From Bugula neritina (Eukaryota; Animalia; Bryozoa), in the NCBI GenBank assembly GCA_964035545.1, contig OZ037772.1, positions 2,542,001 to 2,606,000 of the forward strand: a stretch of 64,000 nucleotides of DNA. The letters run 5' to 3'. Position 1 is the first letter of the stretch; each line of letters opens with the position of its first letter. Positions 27,626-41,142 of this stretch are shown here, one piece after another. The notes below the pieces were generated by a model, which worked only from the letters and a program-made list of their open reading frames with translations, was not told the origin of the DNA and did no database searches. Position numbers and translations under genes: made by a program.

Positions 27626-29167
27626 AATAGCAGAGAGCAAAGTAAAAAAAGATTGACTTTTTGATCATAGCTCACACCTCTAAAAATGTCTCATATATCC
27701 AAAAATTAGCAGACGGTGCATAACATGCTAAGTTGAATTAACTATAAAACACTATAATCTAAGGAACTGAGCCTAAAAAATTATACTGAGCTAATATAAT
27801 CCAGGGTTATAGAGAAAGTTAATATTGCAATTGGTGACAAGCAGAGAACAGTTTTAATGAACATATTGTGTAGATTTTAGCTTACAATCTCAAAGTTATA
27901 GTTACTCTAAGTTGCAACATGGCGACCAAATCATACTGCAAATAGCTTCACTAGATATCAAATGAATAAAAATAAATATCAAATAAATTAGCTAACTCAC
28001 TTTGAAGACCCACATGGATCTATTGGACACTTCATTGAGTAGGTGCAAGGTTTGGTTACCACACTTGTTTGAAAAATTCAAATCGTTTCGCAACGACTTG
28101 TTTGATTCGAGACGATTTTCCATCTGCCTTGAGGGTGCATCTGCCAGGAGAATTTCCTCAAGTGGTTTCGTGCCGCAGCTAACAGTTCCTTCACAGCTAA
28201 ACAGCATATCAGACTCCGTGTGAAAATCAAATCCATCTTTGTCATTGTGAATGTGGGAGAAAATCCAAACCTATCAACAGTAGTGTAGTCGTAATTACAA
28301 ATCTAAAAAAATATGAATACAAAAAATTGAAAGCAATAGAAAGATAGTGTCAAATATTCCTGTAATAAACAAAAGAGAAAAGTTAGTACTGCATGCCTTC
28401 TACAAGTTGGGAATTACATGACCGTAGAAACTTTCTTAGCAAAAAAAGTGATATGTCATGTCAGAAAATATCACCAAGGTATTAGTATAACAGATGTAGC
28501 TTTACTTTGCTCAAAGTTGCAATGAAGTTGGTTTAGTGCATGGTATGCAAATTCTCACTAAGTAGCTGAAGTTACTATTAATATAGCATTATTAACTAAA
28601 GGATGAATTTTGAAAAATAGAGCAAAATGCAAATAGTTATAATAAACATTCATAACTAGAATCAGGCCTTCAGCTATTAATATAGTTTAATAACAACACA
28701 AGTATGAAAATGAACATTTGTTTTAGAATAAGAGTAAGTAATATCGAGTAATCATGCTCTATAAAGTACAAAGATCATTATAATCATAATCATGAGGGTA
28801 TCACAACTTGAACTTGATATTGATTTAATTACATCACAAACTCAAGACGTGCCTAGACGTTAACTTAAACTTATACTTATGCTACAACTATTACTATTGA
28901 GATTTTATTATTTAAAATACACCAACAAGAACATTATCATTATGTTAATAATATAATTTATTATCAACTTATCGATGTATTAATTGATCAAATGACAAAT
29001 CAAATGTCAAATTCAATGATATATGACAATCATTATAGTTATATTGTTATTAAAGTATAACTCAAAAATATAAACATAAAATTATAATATCAATATTAAT
29101 AATAATTTATAAATATAAATAATAATCATTATGATTATGATTATCATTGGTGATTGACATTATCATT

Positions 29168-29620
29168 AACGAGGCCGCCCTCGATGAAAGAAGAAGAACT
29201 CAACGACTAAGACTCCTTATGAGGATACTCCAAAAGGAAGAATATCACCCAGCACTCTCTGCAGCGTATGATGAACTAATAAATACCCCGGAAAGTTTTA
29301 TCCAAACTAGGGCCCAAACACTAGGACAGCCAAGATCAGTCAGCACCAATAATAACTGCTATTATAACAGCTTCTTGCCACGGGCAATCCGTGACTTTAA
29401 AGGGAACAATCCTTGCAAGACTAATTTACACACAGAATAATCTAAACATTGACAGGTTAACTTACCTGTACTAATAAACAATATTGCAACACACACTGCA
29501 ACCAATTTATGGTCTATTGTATGCATTTTACTTTCTGACCAACCGTAAACATATGAGGCATGCCGCTTCTGTTACCTAGTGGTCTAGCATGATCGTAATC
29601 TGGAGGTAACTGGAGGTAAC
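29168..29620 (+). mobile_element. 3' fragment of a CR1-like LINE related to the 31601-35870 element
   Basis: ORF2 C-terminus (ERRRTQRLRLL...YYNSFLPRAIRD) parallels ERRQKCRIKLL...FHNSFVPRTIRD; ends in (TGGAGGTAAC)2. Confidence 0.85.
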
Positions 29621-29625
29621 TATCT

Positions 29626-30803
29626 TCAGAACCGTCTTCTTTCAGTCTGTGTCAACAACGTCAAATCGGCAACTAGACATGTGACCTCAGGAGTGCCCCA
29701 AGGCAGTGTATTAGGATCATTGTTATTTAATGTGTACATAAATGACATGCACTCTGCGGTAGCCAACAGCAAGCTTAAACTATATGCAGATGATTCCTTG
29801 TTGTACAAACCAATCACAACACCTGCTGATTCTAGTTTATTTCAGAATGACTTAGACCATCTTATAACTTGGGCAGACAGTTCTCAGATGAAGTTCAATA
29901 TAAATAAATGTGAGCATATGACAATTCAACGCTCCACTGTAAATCCTCTAGTGTCTCAATACAGCATGAATAATGACCCCTTACAATGTGTTGACAAAGT
30001 ATTATACCTTGGTGTCACGATTGATAATAAACTGTCATTCGATCAACATATAATAAACATTTGCTCAAAAGCTAATAAATTATTACACATGCTGATGCGC
30101 TGTCTAAAAAAGGCTAAAAGTAAAACCAGAGCCATAGCTTATAAAACAGTCTGTCGCCCTATACTAGAATTTGCGACCCACACCTGGTCTCCATTCAAAT
30201 TGAAAAACATCAACATCATAGAAGGTATAAATAGAAAAGCCTTCAGGTGGACATTCTGTAAGAGAAAACGAAATCATATAACTGAGCTCATGACAAATTC
30301 TAATTGGGATAGCCTTGCACAAAGACGTGACAATGCAGACCAAAAAATGTACTTTCGTATGCTTTCTGGTAGTGCCGCTATAGACCAAGACCGGTTCTCC
30401 CTTCATTTTGCAGAGTCTCACAATACCAGACATGGTGCTATTAAGGGCAATATCAATACCAAAACTGCCAAACATTCATATAAACATCGCATCCATAAAC
30501 TTTTCTAATGATTCTAGCTGCTTTGCCTAACTGATTATAAGCACTTAACACCGACTCTGCTTTATATCATCTGAAGCTGTGCGGTGTATATCTATTTATT
30601 TATTTACTTTTTTTTTTCTTTCTCTCCTGGCAGTAGCTAGCTATTAAGCTTTGAATCGAAGCATAATTAACTATATTCTTATCTCGTAGACAAAATAGTT
30701 TTCTTCCTTACTACTGATAATCTAAACAATTGTTCATACACCACTGCATCTCGATAAAGGAGCCAAAGCGCTCCGAGTGAGATTAATTAGATGAGATGAG
30801 ATG
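29626..30803 (+). mobile_element. 5'-truncated LINE (RT C-terminal half, ORF 29681-30508) with 3' UTR and (AGATG)n tail
   Basis: SGVPQGSVLG, LYADD, YLGV motifs; terminal GGAGC/GCTCC stem-loop followed by AGATG repeats. Confidence 0.9.
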
Positions 30804-31805
30804 ATATTATCATTATGATTATGATTATCATTATAATTGATATTATGGTAATTATATGGATATAATAATAAATAGATATAATCATATCATTATGAGTATA
30901 AAATTCAAGAGAATAATAATAATAATTAATATTATCAATAATTAATATCATTAATAATAATATTAATGATAAACTACACAAATGCAACTTCTGTTTCACA
31001 ACAATCCTCTTCATTTTTGCTGCAGATCCGCGGGAGAAACCTTGGCCTTGCCCATGGTCATAAAAACAAATTGAGAAGCTCGGTGGAAAAGATTATAATA
31101 CATAACACAAAAAACAAGCCCCCTAGTCTGAAAAACGTTATGTAGGCCGTTCGGATTTTTGGTTCCCTAGCTAACAATAAAGACGCAGCGGATGTTATGA
31201 ATTGTTAGGCAACATTGAGTAAGCTACAAGCCCAAGGCATTAGTTGAATTGAAATGGATAGGTTTTCTTTTTGTTTTTAAGCATCGATATTAGATAATTT
31301 TTGCTTGCACTGTAGTTCCTTAAACGTGAGCTTTGAAAATAAAATTAGTTGAATTTTCATCCCAGCGCGGAAGTTGAAAATGTGCTTAACCCAAGAAGAC
31401 GAATACTGATACTGATAGTCATAGTTATACTCATACTGATAGTGATAGTGATAGTCGTAGTGATACTGATAGTGATAGTAGTATAACTCACAGTATGAGT
31501 ATAACTATAAGTAACTAATTAAGTATTGTAGTGATAGTGATACTCACTATCACCACCACTCATAGTGGTGGTGATACTCTCACAGTCAGTCATACTGATA
31601 CTTACATCAACTTACATCAACGGTGACATCGCGCTAGACCGCCTAGTGGCAAAAGGGGCGCGCCTCAGTTTTTGGTTGTAATTGAGCAGTAGAGTAATAT
31701 TTTTAACAGTGTATCAGAATTCATAGTTAGGCATATTGCTTCAGGGAGGGTGTATCAACCCATCCAGAATTTGTCATGAGCTTTACTTGTTTTTTTTTTT
31801 TTGCA

Positions 31806-34508
31806 TTATTTTTTTAGATCACGAATTGTGCGTGGGACAAAACTGTTGTGAAAGGAGTTGCCAGTTGCGGAGATAGATCTAGGTTCATTTCTGGACTGTG
31901 ATCTGGTATGAATTGCTCCTTCAGTCTGTTTTATAACTTCGTCATAGGCAGCGCAGAGTACGGGATGGGCATCTTCCTTCGCTATAATATTAAGCAGCAG
32001 TTTAATTCTGCATTTTTGGCGTCTTTCACTAAGCAGTTCCAGTCGGAGCTCCTCTCTGGCTTCGGTAACGCCTCTTCTGCCTTTCAAGTCACTAATCATC
32101 CTAATTGCCTGGCTTTGCACCATCTCCAGTTGGTCTATTTCTTTTTTTGTCCAGGGATCCCATGCGCAGGAAGCATACTCCAGATGTGGGAGACACAGAG
32201 ACTTATATGCTATCAGCCTGGCTCTCGCTGGTGCCCAGTATAGAGCTCTCCTAATCATACCAATTTGCTGTCTGGCCTTGCATGTTTTATGTGCTATGTG
32301 GTTGTTAAACCTCAAGTTAGATTGCAGAGTCACTCCTAGGTATTTGCAGTGGTCAGTGTGTTCTAAGGCTATATTGTTCATGATGTATTCAGGGACTGGT
32401 CTGCGGGCTTGAAAGGCAATGATTTTACATTTACTAACATTAAAGTTCATTTCCCATCTGCCAGCCCACCCAGTTAGTGAATTTAGATTTGCCTGAAATC
32501 GCCTTTCATCCTCTGTGTTGTTTACGACTTGGTACATAAGGGTATCATCAGCAAACAGCCCAACAGAGCAATTAACTTGGCTAGGAAGGTCGTTTATGTA
32601 CACAAGAAATAGCACGGGGCCTAACACCGATCCCTGTGGAACACCTGATGTCACAGGAAGAGAGCTAGATTTGGTACCATTGAGAATTACTGATTGTGAT
32701 CTGTTACATAAAAAGTCATGGATCCAGTCAAGTAGATAACTATCAACTTCTGGAATGGCTGTCAGTTTTTCCATCAACAGTGAATGCGGAACACGATCAA
32801 AAGCCTTTGATAGGTCGAGAACAGCGGCATGAACACTTGATTTTTTATCAGTAGCTGATATAATCTCATGAAGGGTGGAGCATATTTGAGTTTCGCAAGA
32901 CAGTCCTTGTCTGAATCCATGCTGCCTTTTGTGCAGCCAGCCATCAATCTTACCTAGGAGGTTTCTGAGAACAATATGCTCAAGCAGCTTACAGGGAATG
33001 CTTGTTAGGGAGATAGGTCGATAGTTATTTGCGTCATGTTTACTTTCATTTTAAAAAACCGGTGTAACATGAGCAGTCTTCCATTCAGATGGCAGTTTGC
33101 CATGTTTGAGGGATTTGTTGAAGATGTGAGTCAAACAACCTGCGGTCTGTTCGATGTCTAGAGTTAGGTCTTCCTTCTTTAATCCATCGGGACCTGGGGC
33201 TTTTCCTGGCTTCAGGTTGTGTAGCAGCTTAATTACTCCGTGTGCACCTATCTCTCTACAGCTTGGGTTGTGCGTAGATGGACTTTGACTATTGAGAATG
33301 TGGGTTTTATTGAACTGATTGTGGAAGTGGGAATTCAGTATTTGGGAACACGTAATAGGGTCGTCAGTGATGTTGCCGTCTGGAGTAAGTAGCGAGATTT
33401 GTTGTTTTTGTTTGGAGCCATTGAGGTGTCTGTAGAACGGCCTGCTGTTGCCCTGTAGCAACGGATTGCACAGGCGGTTTTCGACATATCTTTTCTTGGT
33501 TACGGTGAAGTATTTCTTAGCTTCTCTTCTTTTGCTTCTGTATAGTTTCTCATTGGTTGAGTCATTTTTATTCTTCCTCCATCTGTTGTACAGCTGTCGT
33601 TCCTTAGCAGCTATCTTACGGCAATGCCTGTCAAACCAAATCGGTTCAGAAACGGGTTTTGACCTTACTATAGCAGTTGGCACACACTCATTAATGGATG
33701 TTTTGAGGCCTTGAGAGAATCGATGCCACATCTCTTCAACACCATCCATGGCAGACAAGTCGTGTTTAAGTTTCCACATAGATTCACTAAATTTATCAGC
33801 ATCAGCATTATGATATACTCTTATCATGCGGGTTGCTTTGGTTGACGTCTGCAGATTAATGCCCAAAGTTGCTTGGATTATAGAGTGGTCACTAAGTCCA
33901 GGGTAGATGACTTCTATATTATGAATTTTCTCTGGACGGTTAGTGCACAGCAGGTCTAGAATATTTCCATGGATGTGGGTTGGTTCCTTGATTAATTGCG
34001 TAAAATCCAGCAGGTTGAGAAGGGCTAGGAAGCTTTGGTTTAATTTGCGTTCTTGGGCAAATGATTTGACGGAGACATTTTGCCAGTCGATGCCTGGCAG
34101 GTTCATATCACCTACAAGAACTATATGATCAAGCGGATATTTTCTACAGATCTCTTCAAGGGCATATGTGAGAGTGTTGAAACATCTGTTGTGCTGGGGT
34201 CTGTAGTAGCAGCCAACAATCACCTTTTGACTAACTCGCACAAAGATGAGCTCGGTGTTATCTGGATTGTTGAAGGCAACCTCAATTGTTGGGAACTTAT
34301 GATCTACTGCTATGAGAACTCCGCCCCCAGAGATGTTTCTGTCTTTTCGGTAAATTAGTTTGGTGTTGTAGTCAAAGATCTGATGGTTCTTAATAGTGTC
34401 ATCAATGTGGGTCTCTGTAATACAGACAATGTCTGCATTAGAGGTTACTGATGACAATTCAATAGTTTTACCCTTTAAGGATCTGGTGTTCATGTGTTGA
34501 AGGGTCAA
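31806..34508 (-). pseudogene. LINE ORF2 (APE endonuclease + reverse transcriptase) with one in-frame TAA at 33051-33053
   Basis: EN motifs NTRS, ITETH, GDMN, SDH; RT motifs NYRPISLT, GVPQGSVLGP, FADD. Both ORF pieces are in one frame (PVF*NESKHDANNYRPIS). Confidence 0.9.
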
Positions 34509-34519
34509 TATTTGTTTAG

Positions 34520-35617
34520 TTAATGAGCGCTGGGCTGCGGGATGGTTGTCCTGCCAGTTGGCAGGTGCTCCCAGTCCCCCGTCGACTTAGCTTGGATTTT
34601 CATATTTCTTATGCGGTACTGAGTATCAGACTCGTCATGCTCTTTCATTTCTTTAATTTGCTGTCGCAGTCTGTACTGTTGGTTCCGTAGTGCCTTACTC
34701 TCATCAAGCTTGCAGTATATGTTCTTTGGTCTGAGTGTAGCATTAGCCCGTTTCAAGAATGTCCATTTGCTTCCCTCATCAGTGAACTCTAATTTGATGG
34801 GCCCAGGTTTAATTCCTACACTAGACTGACTTGTTTGCAACCTTTTGGCAGTCAGTGGTTTCGCAGCTGTAGGGAAGCCTGCGTATTCCATAAGTTCCTG
34901 AATTTTTTCCATGGTAGTTTTGTCTGCTTCAGGCTCAACACCGTAAATAATAGCATTTTTCTTCCTGTACTCAGCCTGCTGATGTTCTAGGATTTGACTG
35001 AATTGGGCTTTAGCATCACTGTTGAGCTGCTGAGCGGTCTTTACACCATCCAAGTTGCTAGTAACTGCTTGCGCATAACTAACCTCCAATTTTTGCATCC
35101 GGTCTTCAATCTTGGCCTGGTTGGAGCTCAGGGCATCTGCTAGTTTCATGACCATGTCTTCAATCTTACCAAGTTTCCCATTCATCACACCATTGTTGGC
35201 TGCTGAGGTCAAACCACATTTTCCGTTTCCTTTCATAGTCATTTCAATCTCAAGAGTACATGAGCTACAAAACCACTTAACACCTGGTTTATCTTTGAGC
35301 TTATGGAGATTGGCCACATCCTTGTCACTCATGTCCTGACACATACCATGATACCACAGCATACATGAATCACAATAGACCCAGCTAGGGTTCGTGATTT
35401 TTTGTTTAAGGCCCTTAACAGTGGTCACATGACATTCTTTTTCTTTACATGTGAAGCAGGTTTCTGTGGTCTCGTGATCATCAGCCCTTTTCCCAGATTG
35501 GGATTGTGCAGGGTGAGAGTTAGAGTAAGATGCTGGCTGGGATTTTTTTGTTTTATCACCAGGGGCCATTTCTGATAAAGAGTAGATTACAATTTCAGTG
35601 AATGTGGGCTGGGGCAA
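34520..35617 (-). CDS. LINE ORF1 protein with PHD finger and coiled coil (likely ATG at MAPGDK)
   Basis: CFTC...WVYCDSCMLWYHGMC...WFCSSC PHD motif; RKKNAIIYGV motif typical of CR1-type ORF1. Confidence 0.85.
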   Translation of the reverse strand: MPQPTFTEIVIYSLSEMAPGDKTKKSQPASYSNSHPAQSQSGKRADDHETTETCFTCKEKECHVTTVKGLKQKITNPSWVYCDSCMLWYHGMCQDMSDKDVANLHKLKDKPGVKWFCSSCTLEIEMTMKGNGKCGLTSAANNGVMNGKLGKIEDMVMKLADALSSNQAKIEDRMQKLEVSYAQAVTSNLDGVKTAQQLNSDAKAQFSQILEHQQAEYRKKNAIIYGVEPEADKTTMEKIQELMEYAGFPTAAKPLTAKRLQTSQSSVGIKPGPIKLEFTDEGSKWTFLKRANATLRPKNIYCKLDESKALRNQQYRLRQQIKEMKEHDESDTQYRIRNMKIQAKSTGDWEHLPTGRTTIPQPSAH

Positions 35618-38600
35618 TCGTTAACAGTGAATGAGCTTACGAGCGAAGGAACCGGAATTTAAGGTTATATTTTTGATTTTAGTTATCTAATATTTATATC
35701 ACTATGTATGAAGAAATTAGGCACGCCCCTAAAATGTAGGTAGATGGTCTAGCTACAGTTAATTTTGGACCAAAATTGGCATAGAAACTCAAATCTTACA
35801 GCAACAATTATACTTTTTAATTTTGAAAATACGTTAAATTGTTTGAAAGTTTAACTTTTGGCGTCCTCCATATTTAATTTTATATTAATAATGAATAAAA
35901 AATTATATCAACACTACAACTTACTACATCAAGATTGACGCATAGTATAATACACACTGGCACTGGTACTACAATAATAATAATAATATTCAGAAATACT
36001 TGAAGCATACAGAAAATGATAAAGCTGACGCAAGAGCCAAGACACACATACAATTAGAAAAGCAACCGCGTCGCTTTGATTAAAGCGATTTTCTATACTT
36101 TCATATAAGAGAGAAGTGAATGTATAGCGACTTAAAGAATCGCTAGAAGTTGTACCAAGTTTGGAGTCAGTGAGTGCAGCGTCATGAAGATGCAATAAAC
36201 CACTGAACCTAGTGGCTACCAACTTTGTGCTATTTCAAGTTGAATGCAACAAAAAGAACCCTAAATTATTACTCTGCGGGTTGATACGATAAGACTGACG
36301 ATCGAGTTTAGCAGATATATGTATATATATATATATATATATAAGGTGACAAATCACAGTCTTAAAAAATTAAGCGATTCGCAGTACTTTGCTTTTAAAA
36401 GTTTCAGTTTGCACACTGTGGTTAATACAATATATCTTTATTATTATATATCCCACTGAATTTGCAAATCACTACTAGTACTAAAATTGAAAAATAGTGT
36501 TGTATGTTATTAGGATACTGTCAGATCAGAAAATGCATAGTGTTTTGTGTTTTTGCAGAGTAGATACTGTACAATAATGTAATACATTTACAGAGAATAA
36601 TATGCTGGTAGTGATTATAGTTTAGTCAACAATTTGAGTAGGCTATGAGTGGTAAACAATTTACCAAGTAAATGTAACCTGATAAAGTGGTGGTAAACTA
36701 TAATTTAGTTCCTAGAAAGTCAGTTCTTGGAAAATATGCTATTCTTGAAACAGTAAATAATTGTAGATGTATGGGCTTTCTTCCTTTTTTTTATATGCTT
36801 AACTCTTACTTCTGTATTTCACAAGTTATACCTTTAAGATATTCCAACTTGCTGAATTATGGTTGCCGTTGGTACTGAGGCTTGCCTGCTTCCTTGAAAC
36901 TTCCAGTGAGATGACTGCTGTGACAGGTTGAAGTAACTATAAATTATTATATCTATTCCGTCACGGTATGTAGACTACACTGTATATCTACAAAATTCAA
37001 AAAAGAATGTGGAATACATATTCTGAAAGCAATGGACTTGAAACTTGAGTACTGCTGAAATTGAAATATGCAAATGAGCTAAGCGTCATGACACTACATG
37101 GAAATTGCTTCAAACATTAATATACTAAACGTATGATTTACAGCGCTTTGAATAATGCAAATGTAATATGCTTAGTAATATGGTATTATACAAGTAGTTG
37201 TGGTATAGGGACAATTTCATATACATGTTTTGTTCACGTGTTGGGATTTGTAAAATTTTAACCCCGTCTTACATGAACATTAATTGGTAAACAAACATGA
37301 ATAAAACCGGGACGTATATGATTATTCAATCATATTAACATATAGATGACATTTAACGTTTATTATATACTTGATGAATTATACAAATTTGATATAACCT
37401 GGTGTTTTACTTCACTTGTAGAATCTAATAACTACAAAATCAACACGTGAACAACTAATACGTATTAATATATTTTCTTGCTATAAAACATATATTTTAG
37501 GCTATGAGTTATGGCAGAAATAATGCTGGTATAACTTATTAGTCTTAGAGATCCTGATATGGTCAATACCGGGATGGTGTCACCAACAATTCCTCATGTA
37601 GCAGTTAGCACATTGTTGGACTTGAACCTGCGGACCAACCAGCAACTTACCTGGTTAGACTCATCGCCCAAACCTCAGAAATCCAAAACAACCCCACTAT
37701 AAAAGGCAGCTCAGAAGCCGCAATAGATTATCGACGATAAGAAGAGCAATTAATAATCAGAAGAGCCATAGTATATTTTTGTGCGAAATTATTTAGAAAT
37801 TCAATTACATTTAAACCTAATTAATTTTTGGACTGAGAAGTTTCATTGTAAGTAACTTGATTTATTTTCTTGTGATGTACTAATTTTATCTATTGTTTGT
37901 TTTATTACTATATAACTTGTACTTGTGAATTGAAAATCTACTTTGAAGTTGCATAAATTACACTTGAAGGAATATTTTTAAATTAAGAATTTGATTGAGT
38001 TACGTAGGTTGTTTGAGGAACTGTCTTAGAATTGTTTGATCTATTAAGTTACGCCAAATTTATGTTTAACAGGCTTATCAATTTTTGTTGCCATTATATT
38101 ATACACAGCGGGATTTCAAAGGGTCGCTAGGATATACATATATATTTGTTTCATTTCTTTTGGGTTTGGTTATTATAATAATTTTTCTTGTCTTATAATT
38201 TTGTTTCCATATTATTATCAAATAGATATTTTAAAACGCATGCAAAATCCATAGTTTTGTTCATTTCCGGAGAGGCAGGTCCTAAATTTGTCTCACGAAA
38301 TTTATAACCTGAGTGCTACCATTACACAATAACACATAGAACCACATATATTGTTTATACATAAATAATATTGCCAGACCAAACCATTAATAAACATTTG
38401 TCGAGCGGAGATAACTTTATATTTTTATTCTGCAGTTATTGGATTGCAGACACTAATTTCAAAGCAAAATTATTCAAGTAATATCTAATTGTTAATTGTC
38501 TCCCTTTGAATCAACCATCTAGTGAAAGGTTATTTGCATTCAAGTAATAAATAAATATACACATATTCCAACAAGTTTATAAATTATCAAATATTATTAA

Positions 38601-38714
38601 AGCTATTGTTATAAAGGTATTATAAAGTTATTGTAAATAACAGTAATTATATATTATTTTATTTTATTTTATTTTCGTTCGACAATACTATGCAATAGCC
38701 ATAAACATAATATC

Positions 38715-38717
<3 letters not shown>

Positions 38718-38795
<78 letters not shown>

Positions 38796-38802
38796 ATATA
38801 TT
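38718..38802. repeat. (TA)n microsatellite (others at about 23299-23326, 36315-36342, 61017-61062)
   Basis: Directly visible. Confidence 0.95.
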
Positions 38803-40072
38803 AATATATTAATATATTTATATATTTATATATTTATACTTATAGCGTATGTAGAATTGAAATATTATGTGGCAATGATGATAGCTATCATTATCATAAT
38901 CATTTCGTTTTGCCTTTTTAAGACTAGTCTTAACTAAAAACAAAAAAGTAAGAGCTCAGACTTACTACAGTTTCAGTTTGAGTTTTACTTTCAGTTTACA
39001 ACTTACTCTTAGAATAAGAGTTAGAGTTAGTGAGTAAACTTAGTTTTATCATATTGATTTTCACTTTAAATTGAACAGTTATCTAGTTGATATTCATATT
39101 GATATTGGTATTGGTTATGACATTCTGATAGTGATTCACTTCAAGTCAATAACTGACTCTAAGATAATCATAATGATTATCATTATGATAAACTTAGTCT
39201 TAGAGTTAGAGTTCATCACTTCTTGAGCACCAATTGATACTAATACTAGTAATAATACTAATAGTAATTAGTAATGCTGTGATAGTAATAGTAGTACTCA
39301 CTAATCTATTACCATCAGTACCAACCTTATCTATTAAGTTTAAGAATTATGATTATCTACTTCTAGTTCTAGTCTTTAAAAGTTGAATTATTATTGTTAT
39401 TATTACTAGTTTATATTACCAAGTTATATTGTAGTAATTTGTGCAATTACTGAGCGTGAGTTATTTACTTGCGTATAGTTAGCTGGTTATTCTGTTATCA
39501 ATTACTAAGGTAGCTGTCGAGTAATTATATTTATTATCCACAATAACGCATAAACCAAACATCACATCAAATTATCCTATACAAGAGTCAACTACTAACA
39601 CATGTTACTACTACAAGCCTCCGCTTACAACAACGTGATATAATCTTAATAACCCGGGAAGTGTCACGTGACTCGGAAGCATACCTTCCAGAGCTGCTAA
39701 TTGGTTGCTACATAAGAGTCTAAGTATTCCAGGAATAGGGAGAGGGCGATTCCTGTATTTGTACTTGCACTACTCACTACACCGTCCCCCCCAGCAGAAA
39801 GCCCTACTTTCTGATAACACAATAAAAAAAACATAATGAAAAACCATACAATAATCCAAAAAGGAAAATATACATAAGTAAACCCACAAGGAGTAAGAAA
39901 AGAAATAGTTAAACACGACAACGTTTACATTAGAAGACAACAGGGTGATCGATCACACACATCTAGTCAGCTATTAAGAGAGAGGGTGCTTACCAGCACG
40001 CGGGCCAATGTCGGAGCGCTCGTCACATTCCAAACGAGTATCGCTCAACGAAGGTGCCTACCCCAGGCATTC

Positions 40073-41119
40073 TCATTGGTTAGGCTCTGATTCTTGTAGC
40101 GACCGTGCTCGGTGTCGAGCCTGTCGGGCACGTAGCCGCCTCTTCAATCGCCCCACTGAGTCCTTCAACTGGTATAGACCTGTCGTCGTATCCAGCAGGT
40201 CAGGGGCAAGTTGTGTGAACTCGGCTTGCAGTCTTAGAAGCCGCTCTTCTACGTTAGCCAGCTGGCTAGGCCTTGGAGGGGTTGTAGGGGTCTCCGTTAG
40301 ACGGGATATGGTTGTTTCTTCTACTTCTGGGGTGTTGCTAGGGTTGACCGGGGTAGGAGGTGGGCCCTGAACCATAGGGGACTTATGGCGGGCAGATAGT
40401 AACAGTACGTGAAACCCTGACGTTAGTGCGGCCAGGGTAATAGCCTTCCTGATGACTGGTTTGATGGCATCCAGGTATAGGGGGAAACTGTCTTCATCAA
40501 CAGTGTGGTTCTCTCCGGCGAAGCAGCTTAGCTAATGTACTGTCACGGGATACGGGTAGACGTCATGGAACCCGCAGGGACAGAAGTGGAGTAGGAAATG
40601 GGCATCTACATGTAAACGCAAGGAGCGGTGCGACGGGCACTCCTCAAAGCAGACCTGGCAGGTTCGGTGTGGTCCCTTGGGCCCCAGGCTTCTTCAATTC
40701 TCCTCTCTGTCGTGGGTGACACCCAACGGTGTCGTCGGCGGAGTACTACTGGTATGCCATTCTCCATTACAGGCTCTTCTTCCATAGACAGAGAGGTTGG
40801 CTGGTCCCGTGACCGGGAGGTGGTCACTCGAGTATGATCTGAAAGAGTAGCAGTGTTAAAGGTTATACACTGAGACACCGTCGGCGTGTACAGCCTGACC
40901 GGTACTCTGTTCAGTTACACTCGTGAGATTCAGGCTAATGAATAGTTGATGGAAAACACACTCGCTATGATAGATTATTTAAAATCAAAGTCGACGTGTA
41001 TTCCCACCACTGTTTATCATTATCGAATCTCCAGCTAGCTAGTGTAGCTGACTGATGCAGTCTAGTTATCGTACCAAAAACATAATTAACTCACCCTTCG
41101 ATCCAGAATAGTAAGACAT
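40073..41119 (-). pseudogene. Element A ORF3 (two exons: 41119-41095, 40838-40073), inactivated
   Basis: Homologous to B ORF3 (CQVCFEECPSHRSLRLHVDAH, FCPCGFHDVYPYPV, VEERLLRLQAEFTQLAPDLL); frameshift near 40665 and TAG near 40533. Confidence 0.8.
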
Positions 41120-41142
41120 TTTGGAATGAAAGTGGTAACTGA

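Larger units (their letters stand above)
31601..35870 (-). mobile_element. Near full-length CR1-like LINE (ORF1 + EN/RT ORF2); 5' boundary approximate
   Basis: Two-ORF structure, 3' UTR and (TTGATGTAAG)2 tail. Confidence 0.9.
27149..36008 (-). pseudogene. NRF-6 / O-acyltransferase-like gene N-terminus (NRF domain), probably decayed; exons 36008-35925 (putative signal peptide), 28270-28001, 27333-27149
   Basis: SMWVFK / LDAWGNPPTGFSTGILNWAGDYQKC...YQGRYC matches the NRF domain pattern. The hydrophobic first exon (MLQVFLNIIIIIVVPVPVCIILC) is phase-compatible but tentative. Exons 2 and 3 have mismatched phases, and no acyltransferase exons were found. Confidence 0.6.

Noticed and set aside
36839-36927. 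Possible signal-peptide exon (LWLPLVLRLACFLE...) splicing across the LTR nest to 56303
   Set aside because: Phase fits, but the donor is weak and no start codon was found in frame; unsupported without transcripts.
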